Assembly (NCBI GenBank): GCA_963706325.1
Contig: CAVPLT010000001.1
Location: 1,056,001 to 1,120,000, forward strand
Direction: 5' to 3'
Length of the DNA stretch: 64,000 nucleotides
From: an uncultured Nitrospiraceae bacterium
Lineage (GTDB): Bacteria > Nitrospirota > Nitrospiria > Nitrospirales > Nitrospiraceae
This document shows, piece by piece, positions 27,329 to 36,194 of this stretch. The translations under genes and the position numbers were made by a program. How positions within the stretch are numbered: position 1 is the stretch's first letter; every line of letters starts with the position of its first letter. The notes beneath the pieces are model-generated. The model had not been told where the DNA came from, did no database searches, and saw nothing but the letters and a program-made list of their open reading frames with translations.

Positions 27329-28339
27329 TCATCTGTTGCCGGTCGATTTCTGATGGGCCGTTTCGACGAGCCGTCTAATGGCAGTGATGACAAGTTCCGG
27401 CTGGTCGAATTGAATAAAGTGGCCGCTCTGGTCGGCGAAGACTTGGCGACTGTTCGATGAAAGTTTGGTCAGATCCTCCTGGAGTTCCAGCCACATTTTT
27501 CTGAACTTGACGGGGTTCACCTCGCCTGGCATGTCCGGCCACCAGACAGGGCCGGTCGCGGTCAGAACGGCTAGCGGAAGATCGCCGAGTGGGCCGACGT
27601 GTCGAACTTGTTCCAGCGTCTCTATCAACGCGTCTCCCTCATCACTCAGCGCCCTGGTATAGCTCGTCCGCAGCCACCCGGCACGTAGCATGGATCGAAC
27701 CTTCTCCGGTACGCGGTCCTCCTGTTGACTGAAAAACTGCGGCAGACTCCCGAACGACGCGACGATTCGAGGGACGCCCAGGACCGCCATCGCGCGGATG
27801 GCAGGAAGCATCGACTTGCCGGTATTGACGAAGGTTCTGAATTCGGCCTGCCGCATTTCCGATTCATGCCCCGCATCGACCAAGACCATGCCCACGATAT
27901 CAGCGGGATGCTCCTCTCGGTAGAGCCGGGCGACGAAGCCGCCGAGCGAGTGGCCCACAAGAATGTAGGGGCCGGAGATGCCTGCGCGCGTCAGCAATTG
28001 ATGAAGTTCTCGTGCCATGCGCTGTCCCGTGCGAGGTAAAGGGCCGCGCTCGCTCCATCCGAGACCGGCTCGATCATAGGCGCAGACCCTGGTTATCTTG
28101 GCCACGTCGGGCTGCACCAGACTCCAGTAGAGCGACCAGCCAGGCGCCGCGGCCTCCAGCACAACCGTCGGGCTTCCTGTGCCCATGCAATAGAGGTGGA
28201 GGCGGTGACCACCGACATCGATCATCTGCCCAGGAGGCGGATAGTGCGATCGATCGAGCACCATACCCGCGAACTGGTAGCCCATGCCGGCGATCATGAA
28301 AAGGATGAGCGCACTGAACAGCCATTTGAGAATGTGCAT
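27329..28339 (-). CDS. Alpha/beta fold hydrolase
   Basis: YDRAGLGWS, GHSLGG nucleophile elbow and SGHFI. Confidence 0.9.
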   Translation of the reverse strand: MHILKWLFSALILFMIAGMGYQFAGMVLDRSHYPPPGQMIDVGGHRLHLYCMGTGSPTVVLEAAAPGWSLYWSLVQPDVAKITRVCAYDRAGLGWSERGPLPRTGQRMARELHQLLTRAGISGPYILVGHSLGGFVARLYREEHPADIVGMVLVDAGHESEMRQAEFRTFVNTGKSMLPAIRAMAVLGVPRIVASFGSLPQFFSQQEDRVPEKVRSMLRAGWLRTSYTRALSDEGDALIETLEQVRHVGPLGDLPLAVLTATGPVWWPDMPGEVNPVKFRKMWLELQEDLTKLSSNSRQVFADQSGHFIQFDQPELVITAIRRLVETAHQKSTGNR

Positions 28340-28602
28340 GGGGACTATGATCCATCGTTATGGGTCGCGGAAGCAAATGGGCGATACAATGCCTCGCTCA
28401 GAGATCAGGAGTTCGGCATCACTCAATCTGGGGAATCGAATATTCTGAAGGTCGCCATCGGTAGGAATTGAGCTCAAACCCCACATGAAAGAAACGCGGC
28501 TCGCGAAGCCAGTCTATTTGATAGGGAAAGCCACGCCAGTTCTGACGCATGGGTTAGTCGTTTTAGGGGAGCGATTAGCTCACCCCTGGAGGACTACTTG
28601 GT

Positions 28603-29001
28603 TTAGACCGAATAGTGTCCTTGCAGGTGGTCGCGCTGGAAACGCACAATGTATCTGATCAACAGCTCCCTGTTCTGTGTCGTCATCCTGACAAAGCGGG
28701 CATGGAGGCGGTACGTATTACCGGGAGGTTGGGCAGGATCAAGCCGCAAGACTTCGATAGGAGATTTGAAATGAACGTGGTCGGGAAGGAGCAGCGTGAG
28801 CCAAAGGACTTCATGGGGTTCGTAGATTGTAGTGACCGTCACACCGATACCGCCGCCACTGAGGCTGACAGATTTCTCGATGCACGCACCTTCTCGGTTG
28901 TCCGTTTCGACCTGAATGCAGATGGGCAGAACGACGGTGATACGATAATATTCGCGGCGTTCTCTTCCTGACGTCTGTGATGACGGTGTATCGGGCGACA
29001 T
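28603..29001 (-). CDS. PilZ domain protein
   Basis: ERREYYR (RxxxR) and SLSGGG (degenerate D/NxSxxG). Confidence 0.8.
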   Translation of the reverse strand: MSPDTPSSQTSGRERREYYRITVVLPICIQVETDNREGACIEKSVSLSGGGIGVTVTTIYEPHEVLWLTLLLPDHVHFKSPIEVLRLDPAQPPGNTYRLHARFVRMTTQNRELLIRYIVRFQRDHLQGHYSV

Positions 29002-29353
29002 GACGTGAGCAAGTATAGCAAAGTTGGCAGATTACGAGGATGTCCGCATGCGCTCCATCGACCGGATCGCTGTGAGGGTGTGGAGCTGAGTCACCCCCGG
29101 CGTGGGTGATTAGTTCCCATCGTGTGATGCCAGCGGCGCAGGCTTTTCAAATTGGGCAATTTCGTTTTTCGATTGAAGAGGCTTTTCTATTGAAGAGATA
29201 GTTTCCGATCACGCCGTAGCGATCGTAATCGACGAGGGACGATCGGACAACAAAAAGCGGAGGCGACGCCCGTATCGTATCGATCCCTAACCCTATTTTG
29301 TCTGCTCCGGTGAGACCAGGCTAGCTGATTCCTTTTATGATAGTATCCCGCGC

Positions 29354-31380
29354 ATGAAAGTACCTTTCGTGCTTCTCTGGGCGCTGCTCTCTATCCTGGG
29401 GGCTGTAGCGCTTGGCCATGTCACCGGCGCCATAAATCCCCACGAAAAAGTGAATGGTCTTTGGCTGGTCGTCGCGGCGGCTTCCATCTATGCCCTCGCG
29501 TTTCGCTTTTATGGACGCTGGCTGGCTCGCCAGGTCGTGCAGTTGGACGATAAGCGTCTGACGCCGGCCGTGCGGTTGAATGACGGCGTGAATTTTCATC
29601 CGACCAATAAGGACGTGCTGTTTGGCCACCACTTTGCGGCGATTGCGGGAGCCGGTCCGCTGCTCGGTCCAGTCTTGGCGGCGCAGTTCGGATTTCTGCC
29701 GGGATTTCTTTGGCTGGTGATCGGCGCAGTGCTGGCCGGGGCCGTGCAGGATTTCATCATCCTCGTCGCCTCGATGCGACGGAACGGCCGCTCGTTGCCT
29801 GAAATCGCCCATGACGAACTTGGATCGGTCACCGGCACGGCGACAGCCGTGGCAGTACTGTTCATCGTGGTGGTGGCGCTGGCGGGGCTGGGCTTCGCAG
29901 TGGTGAATGCGCTCTACCACAATGCCTGGGGGACCTTCACGATTGCCATGACGATACCCATCGGCTTCGTCATGGGATTCTATCTGCAGAAGTTTCGTCC
30001 CGGACAGATTGCGGAAGTATCATTGTTGGGCGTCGCGCTGTTGATCGCGGCAGTTGTGTGTGGTCGTGTCGTGGCCCAGTCATCCATAGCGTCATGGTTT
30101 GAGTTCGAACGCACACCGCTGGTATGGCTCCTGGCTGCTTATGGTTTACTCGCTTCCGTGTTGCCGGGCTGGATGTTGCTGGTGCCGCGCGGCTATCTTT
30201 CCACCTTTATGAAGCTGGGTGTAGTGTTTTCTGCTTGGTTTCGGTGTGATCCTCATGGCGCCGACGATCGAAATGCCCCGCGTGACCTCGTTTGCCGACG
30301 GCGGCGGGCCGATTATTCCCGGCACGCTGTTCCCGTTTCTCTTCATTACGATCGCTTGCGGGGCTGTGTCCGGTTTCCATTCGCTGGTGTCTTCCGGTAC
30401 GACGCCGAAGATGATTGAGCAGGAGTCGCAGGCGACTGTGGGTTACGCGGCCATGCTGCTGGAAAGTTTTGTCGGCGTGATGGCCTTGATTGCCGCCTCG
30501 GTTCTGATCCCCGGTGATTACCTGGCGATCAACACCATGTTATCTGTTGATACCCTGGCCATGATGGGGTTCCCCACAGCACGCATTCAGGAACTCTCGC
30601 AGCTGGTCGAGGTAAATGTGGCGGGGAGGCCGGGCGGCGCCGTGTCTCTTGCTGTCGGCATGGCCTCCATCTTCGCGGCCTTGCCGGGAATGGCCGGTTT
30701 AATGGCCTATTGGTATCAGTTTGCGCTGGTGTTCGAAGCGTTGTTCATATTGACGACGATCGACACGGGGACTCGTGTGGCGCGGTACCTGATCCAGGAA
30801 ATGGCCGGACGGGTGTATACGCCGTTTCGCCGGATGAACTGGTGGCCTGGCGTGTGGTTGAGCAGCGGCTTCGTTGTCGGAGCCTGGGCCTATCTGATCG
30901 GCACGGGTAATATCTCCACGATTTGGCCGATGTTCGGCGCGGCGAATCAGTTGCTTGGGACGCTTGGCGCTCTGTATCGGCACGACGGTGCTCATCAAAA
31001 TGTGGAAGTCGCAGTATCTCTGGGTCACGGCGGCGCCGATGCTTTTCGTCGGGGGGATTACGCTGGCCGGCTCGTATGAAATGTTTGGAATGTTCATGAC
31101 GAAGGCCTCGACGCTCACGGCCGGAGCCCAGGCTTTCACGCTCTATCTTGATGCGGTGCTGGTGGCAGTGGTGGCGATTCTCGGAGTCATCGTGCTGGTG
31201 GATAGCACGAGACAGTGGTACGGCTATGTGATTCTCAAGCGACCGTTCACCAGCAGCGAAGTCATCGCCATGGGCGGAGGTGGCTCCCCCGGCCGCGTGC
31301 AGACGGCGATCTATCAGGACGGTGTCAAGCAGGAAGAACTGAGACGGTTTCGTTTGCCGCATGGCGGCGGTTGTTGCTGA
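29354..31380 (+). pseudogene. cstA: Carbon starvation protein A, split by two +1 frameshifts (real or sequencing error)
   Basis: [47 protein letters not shown] and [11 protein letters not shown] motifs; extra T at 30227-30230 and extra G at 30966-30967. Confidence 0.85.
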
Positions 31381-31499
31381 CCATCTTTTTGTCATCAGGA
31401 TTGCGAAAGCCGGGCTTGTGCCCGGCTCAAATAGTCTCACTCACTATGAGTGACTCGGCGCGATGTTCCATGAACAACGCGCCTTTGGAGGGATAACAC

Positions 31500-31997
31500 A
31501 TGGCAGATCAATCGTCATTTGATGTGGTGTCGGAAGTGAACATGCAGGAAATGAAAAACGTCGTCGACCAGGCGACGAAAGAGATCAAACAGCGCTTTGA
31601 TTTCAAGGACACCAAGACCGAGCTGACCTTGAGAGAGAAGGAAAAGGAACTGGTGGTGCTTTCCGACGACGAGTACAAGTTGAACGCGGTCATTGAAATC
31701 ATCAAGTCAAAATGCGTTAAGCGAGGGGTGTCGTTGAAGGCCTTCGAGTACGGGAAGATCGAGGAGGCGCTTGGCGCCACGGTTCGTCAAGTGATCAAGA
31801 TTCAAAGCGGCATTTCTACGGAGAAGGCGAAGGAAATCACGAAGGCCGTGAAAGAGTCCAAGATAAAGGTGCAGGCGCAAATTCAAGGGGAGCAGGTGCG
31901 GGTGATCAGCAAGAGCAAGGATGATTTGCAAACGGCCATTGCCTTTCTGAAAGGGAAGGATTTTGGTATTGATTTGCAGTTCACCAATTACCGCTAG
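31500..31997 (+). CDS. yajQ: YajQ family nucleotide/c-di-GMP-binding protein
   Basis: SFDVVSEV, RFDFK, QAQIQGEQVRV..KSKDDLQ and LQFTNYR. Confidence 0.95.
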   Translation: MADQSSFDVVSEVNMQEMKNVVDQATKEIKQRFDFKDTKTELTLREKEKELVVLSDDEYKLNAVIEIIKSKCVKRGVSLKAFEYGKIEEALGATVRQVIKIQSGISTEKAKEITKAVKESKIKVQAQIQGEQVRVISKSKDDLQTAIAFLKGKDFGIDLQFTNYR

Positions 31998-31998
31998 G

Positions 31999-32124
31999 CA
32001 GGATGCTGAAACGGGCCCCCAACTTCGTTCTCGGTCGATCGTCTGCCTCAACGTGCAGAACTGAGCACGCCTCGGCGACCGATCTTCCCTGCGGCCTTAT
32101 TGGCTGGCCCGTTTGAGCATCCTG
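31999..32124. repeat. Palindromic intergenic repeat, copy 3
   Basis: CAGGATGCTGAAACGGGCC..GGCCCGTTTGAGCATCCTG; same internal blocks as copy 1. Confidence 0.8.
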
Positions 32125-32148
32125 GGAAGAGTTCAAATCCTGTTTTCC

Positions 32149-33168
32149 ATGAAAAATCTCCTCGTTCTCCTCTTTCTTGTCGAGCTCTATCTCGGCGGGT
32201 GCAGTGGGTCTGACCCGATCGTCGTCATTGAGCTGCACCCCACGAATCCCGACATCCTCTACATTGCGACCAATGACTACATTTACAAAACGCGTGATGG
32301 GGGGAAGACGTGGACGAATCTTTCGAAAGGAATGAGCTATTCGCGTGTGATCTCGATGGCGATTGATCCTCTCTATCCCGCAACGATCTATGCCGGCACG
32401 AAAGGCGACGCCGTCTACAAAAGTTACGACGGTGGGCAACGCTGGACGTCACTCCGTGTCGGCTTGGACGACGCCACCATCTCCTCGGTGGTGAACCAAT
32501 TTGTCTTCGACCCGGCCGATGCCCAGCATCTCTTTCTGGCGACGACCATGGGCGTCTTCGAAACGAAGAATGCCGGGGAGCGTTGGGTGAAGCGGATGGA
32601 GGGCATGAAGGAAGTGCTGATGGTCGTGACGTTGGGCATGGATCCCACCAGGTCGGCGGTGTTGTATGCCGGCACCAGTGGCGGTGTCTACAAATCGACC
32701 AACCAAGGGGCGCATTGGCAGCAAGTGAATGAGGGCCTGGTGCCGGCAGACATGGTGAAGACATCGCGGGCGTTGAGTGTCACGTCGGTGCAGGTCGATC
32801 CATCTGCGCCCGAGACGGTCTATGCCGCAACGCTGGCCGGTCTTTTCAAGACTACAAATGGTGCAGCTTCATGGGTGCGTGTCGGGGAGTCGCTGCCCGA
32901 TCAAATGATCGTCGCCATGGTGCTTGATCGCGCACGCGCGGGCGTTCTTTACGTGGCGGCCAGGGATGGGATCCATCGGAGCGAGGATGGCGGGAAGACC
33001 TGGGTTGTGCTGAATGACGGGCTATCGACCACTAACATCCGATCACTTGCGCAGAGCCCGATCGATCCCAATCTGTTCTATGCCGGAACCAATGGGAGCG
33101 GTTTGTACCGAAGTGTGGACGGGGGCATGCATTGGGAGGCGCGTCCTTCGATTTTCCCAAAAGAATAG
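32149..33168 (+). CDS. BNR/Asp-box beta-propeller lipoprotein
   Basis: Lipobox LGGC; seven S/TxD/NxGxxW repeats. Confidence 0.8.
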   Translation: MKNLLVLLFLVELYLGGCSGSDPIVVIELHPTNPDILYIATNDYIYKTRDGGKTWTNLSKGMSYSRVISMAIDPLYPATIYAGTKGDAVYKSYDGGQRWTSLRVGLDDATISSVVNQFVFDPADAQHLFLATTMGVFETKNAGERWVKRMEGMKEVLMVVTLGMDPTRSAVLYAGTSGGVYKSTNQGAHWQQVNEGLVPADMVKTSRALSVTSVQVDPSAPETVYAATLAGLFKTTNGAASWVRVGESLPDQMIVAMVLDRARAGVLYVAARDGIHRSEDGGKTWVVLNDGLSTTNIRSLAQSPIDPNLFYAGTNGSGLYRSVDGGMHWEARPSIFPKE

Positions 33169-33193
33169 GCGGCCTCGTAATTGAGGGAGAAGA

Positions 33194-34324
33194 CTATCGG
33201 CGGGATTGGTTGTTCAGCGATGAGTCGCCGATTGACGGGCCGACTCCCCGCATCTGCACCGAAGACGGGCTCTCTGCATTTTCAGAACCATTGATTTCAA
33301 ATCCAAACGCGTTCGGCAACGTGGTGTCCTGCGTGCGGGGGCCGACCCGGTCCGACAAATTGCTGTCTTTAAGGTCTTCTCCCCGTCGTGGGCGCAACGA
33401 TTCATTGACGTTGCTGTAAGGCGAAACGGTCGCCCCAATATCGGCGCCAAAGCTAGGATTGAGGGAGCGATTCAGATTCGTGTTTTCAATGTCTCCGCCG
33501 ATCCTTGTCGGAATCGTCGTGTCTTGAATGTCCATGCCTGTAGGCGCTGATGCCGGAGGTCTTTTGGCTCGAAGGTCACGAGTAATGCCTTCTCGCTCTT
33601 CATGGATGCGTCGTTCTTCCCTCCCGCGCTGTTCATAGTCCAGGGTGTTCAGTTTCTCGGATCGGTCGCCCAATTCCTTTAGTCGAGTCCGGACTTTCAT
33701 GAGATTGTCGCGCGCGGTGGCGACGGTGCCCACGATTTCACTGAGCGTCCATTGGCGCGCGAAGGTGCCGAGTTTAGGTGATTGTCCTGGTCCCCCGCCC
33801 AGTCCATCTGCGCCACTACCGATTCCGAAACCCGCGCTGTTGTAGATACCTTTTTGTTGGACCGACATGAGAATATGATTGGACTGGTCTGACAACTCGT
33901 CGAGTCGCTCGAGCGAATCAAAATCGCCGGCGCAACAGTCGAGAAATTCGCGGTACTCTCGCGAGAATTTTGACGCCTCATTTTGAATGTCGATGATTTT
34001 CAAGGGTCCTTTTTGCGTTGACTCCTCGTGGCTAGCCTGATTGAGTTGATCTGGTTTCTTAGCGTCGCGTTCCACATCGTACAGGGGCGAGCAGCCACGA
34101 TCAGGAGTGGCGGTAATTTGCTTGTCGGCCCCACGATTCGGACACCAATAAATCTTGCCGGGCTGATTTAACGGATTATCCGTTCTAAACTCACCCGCTT
34201 GCGCGGTGGGCCAGGGCGCAACGATGAGCAGACCGGTGAGCAGCGTGACCCCGATATTGAGAGGATGGATGTATATCCCAGGCATCATGAATTTCATGAT
34301 GCGCTGGGGATGAAATTGTGTCAA
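33194..34324 (-). CDS. Exported hypothetical protein with coiled coil and degenerate C-terminal repeats (start uncertain)
   Basis: 376-aa ORF with signal peptide ending AQA; no recognised family. Confidence 0.65.
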   Translation of the reverse strand: MTQFHPQRIMKFMMPGIYIHPLNIGVTLLTGLLIVAPWPTAQAGEFRTDNPLNQPGKIYWCPNRGADKQITATPDRGCSPLYDVERDAKKPDQLNQASHEESTQKGPLKIIDIQNEASKFSREYREFLDCCAGDFDSLERLDELSDQSNHILMSVQQKGIYNSAGFGIGSGADGLGGGPGQSPKLGTFARQWTLSEIVGTVATARDNLMKVRTRLKELGDRSEKLNTLDYEQRGREERRIHEEREGITRDLRAKRPPASAPTGMDIQDTTIPTRIGGDIENTNLNRSLNPSFGADIGATVSPYSNVNESLRPRRGEDLKDSNLSDRVGPRTQDTTLPNAFGFEINGSENAESPSSVQMRGVGPSIGDSSLNNQSRR

Positions 34325-34646
34325 TCAAAGGCAAAATTGTGACGACAAACGAAGCCGGCGTCGTTCGCGCTTTAATTCTATATGCAGGAACGTTCAAGGA
34401 TCGAGCTGGGGGGGACTTTCGCTGAGTAAACTGGTACGGCCTATCATTCGTTGGCTGTGTCGAGGATATTTAGCACCATTTTCAATCATGAGCATCATCC
34501 TAGCTTGTCGGGAAATGATGAGCACGACCCCGGGCAGTTCGGTATCCGTAGGCAAAAGGAAAAAGATGCGCATAGCCTAAACGGAGTCATCGTCAATCTG
34601 GGTTATGTAGGGAAGTAGGTGGTAAACACATTTAATGCCCAGGTCT

Positions 34647-34797
34647 TGTGGATAGTTTTCCTCTCGCGCATCCTACCCGAAGTGTCCAGCCCTCTCTTTG
34701 ATTTTTACTCAGAAAAAATCTCCTCGGGACTAGTTTGGCCTCAGAAACGTCGCGAGGTGGGTTAGTTTCCCACAGTGTTATCCACAATTGTGGATAA
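34647..34797. promoter_or_regulatory. DnaA box cluster
   Basis: TTATCCACA 34778-34786 and TGTGGATAA 34789-34797 (consensus); TGTGGATAG 34647-34655 (1 mismatch); TTTCCCACA 34766-34774 (2 mismatches). Confidence 0.75.
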
Positions 34798-34874
34798 AAT
34801 AGTCGGTCTTGCCCACGCACCAATTTGTGCAGGAAAGTCGCAACAATATTCTTGATAACTAGGGGGTAAATCTG

Positions 34875-34938
34875 TTGACAGCCATTTGGTTGAGTGTATA
34901 CTCCAGCCGAAGAGTGGGATGAAGTGGGTGGAAATGGA
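34875..34938 (+). promoter_or_regulatory. dcw promoter with MraZ-type boxes
   Basis: TTGACA-N16-TATACT, followed by GTGGG (34914), GTGGG (34924) and ATGGA (34934) at 10-bp period. Confidence 0.7.
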
Positions 34939-34941
34939 TAT

Positions 34942-35865
34942 ATGAGTTCTGCTCACGATTCCCATGTGCCGGTTTTAGTCGAAGAAATTATGTTCTGGCT
35001 CCAATGCAAACCCGGCGGAGTATACGTGGACTGCACTATCGGATATGCAGGGCTGGCTTCTCGCATCCTCGATCGTACTGCTCCAGATGGCATCCTTGTG
35101 GGAATTGATCGCGACGCAGCCGCGCTCGCATCGGCGCCTATGCGTCTGGGGACTGACAGCTCGCGTGCGCGCTTGCGACATGGAAATTTTAGCGAGCTCA
35201 AGGCGCATGTTGCCGCGTGCGGGATGCAGCAGATCAATGGCGTGATCTTTGACCTTGGCGTGTCCTCCCCTCAACTCGATCGTGCGGAGCGTGGATTTAG
35301 CTTTCGGGAAGATGGCCCGTTGGATATGCGCATGGATCAAAGTGAGGGGCGCACGGCGGCGGACTTCGTTCGTGATCTGCCCGAAACAGAATTGGCTGAC
35401 CTGATCTACAACCTCGGTGAAGAGCGGTATTCACGAAGGATTGCTCGCGCGATTGTGCAGGCAAGGGCACAGAGCGCGATCGATACGACCTGGAGATTAG
35501 CGGCTGTGGTGGAGCAGGCCGTGCCGACTTCATACCGGTACGGGCGGATTCATTGTGCCACGCGTACTTTTCAGGCATTACGGATTGCCGTGAATCGGGA
35601 GTTGGATGTGCTCGAACCGGCGTTTCGGGATGCTGTCGATATTCTGGCTCCGGGTGGGCGCGTCTGTGTCGTGTCGTTTCATTCGCTTGAGGACAGAATC
35701 GTGAAACATACGTTTCGGGCGCTGGCAAGCGGTCCCGAAACTTCGCTGAGACTGCTGACGAAGAAGCCGATCATCGCCTCGGAAAACGAGCGTAACCGAA
35801 ATCCCCGCTCACGAAGCGCGAAGTTGCGCGTCGCAGAACGGATATCCAAGGAGTGTATGCAATGA
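34942..35865 (+). CDS. rsmH: 16S rRNA m4C1402 methyltransferase
   Basis: HVPVL, DLGVSSPQLD..RGFSF..DGPLDMRMD and NPRSRSAKLR. Confidence 0.97.
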   Translation: MSSAHDSHVPVLVEEIMFWLQCKPGGVYVDCTIGYAGLASRILDRTAPDGILVGIDRDAAALASAPMRLGTDSSRARLRHGNFSELKAHVAACGMQQINGVIFDLGVSSPQLDRAERGFSFREDGPLDMRMDQSEGRTAADFVRDLPETELADLIYNLGEERYSRRIARAIVQARAQSAIDTTWRLAAVVEQAVPTSYRYGRIHCATRTFQALRIAVNRELDVLEPAFRDAVDILAPGGRVCVVSFHSLEDRIVKHTFRALASGPETSLRLLTKKPIIASENERNRNPRSRSAKLRVAERISKECMQ

Positions 35866-36194
35866 AAGCCGTTGCGTTTGCTGCGGTCACGTCGCTGGTA
35901 TTACTCTTCGTGTGGGAGCGGGTGGACATCGTTCGCATCGGCTACCATATCGAGCGGCTCAAAACGCAGAAGGTTCTCCTTGAGCGTGAACGCGACGAAT
36001 TGCGCGTCAAAGTGTCGAGCTTCACGGCGCCTGAGCGAATCGCCCGGTTGGCTACTGACAAATTAGGGATGATGCAGCCGGAAAAAGGTCAAGTTGTCGT
36101 GATCAATCTCGAGCCGGAACTGCCCTCGAATCCGATTGTCGCCGAGGGTGAGATGCGCATTGCCAAAAATATGGTGACACGGAGATCGCGGTAG
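35862..36194 (+). CDS. ftsL: Cell division protein FtsL
   Basis: Short TM plus leucine-zipper coiled coil, PERIARLA..KLGM; position between rsmH and ftsI. Confidence 0.8.
   Translation: MKAVAFAAVTSLVLLFVWERVDIVRIGYHIERLKTQKVLLERERDELRVKVSSFTAPERIARLATDKLGMMQPEKGQVVVINLEPELPSNPIVAEGEMRIAKNMVTRRSR

Noticed and set aside
29172..29197. ATTGAAGAG direct repeat, reminiscent of a CRISPR repeat end
   Set aside because: Only two 9-bp copies 17 bp apart; no array or cas genes
31378..31380. TGA after CC read as selenocysteine
   Set aside because: No recognisable SECIS, and CC-stop is already the complete motif
31437..31453. TCACTCA-CTA-TGAGTGA palindrome upstream of yajQ sharing the TetR half-site
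   Set aside because: Half-sites are in the opposite orientation with different spacing; cannot be distinguished from chance
28603..31997. PilZ and YajQ as a c-di-GMP module, or a c-di-GMP riboswitch nearby
   Set aside because: Opposite strands, separated by cstA; no riboswitch consensus seen in the spacers
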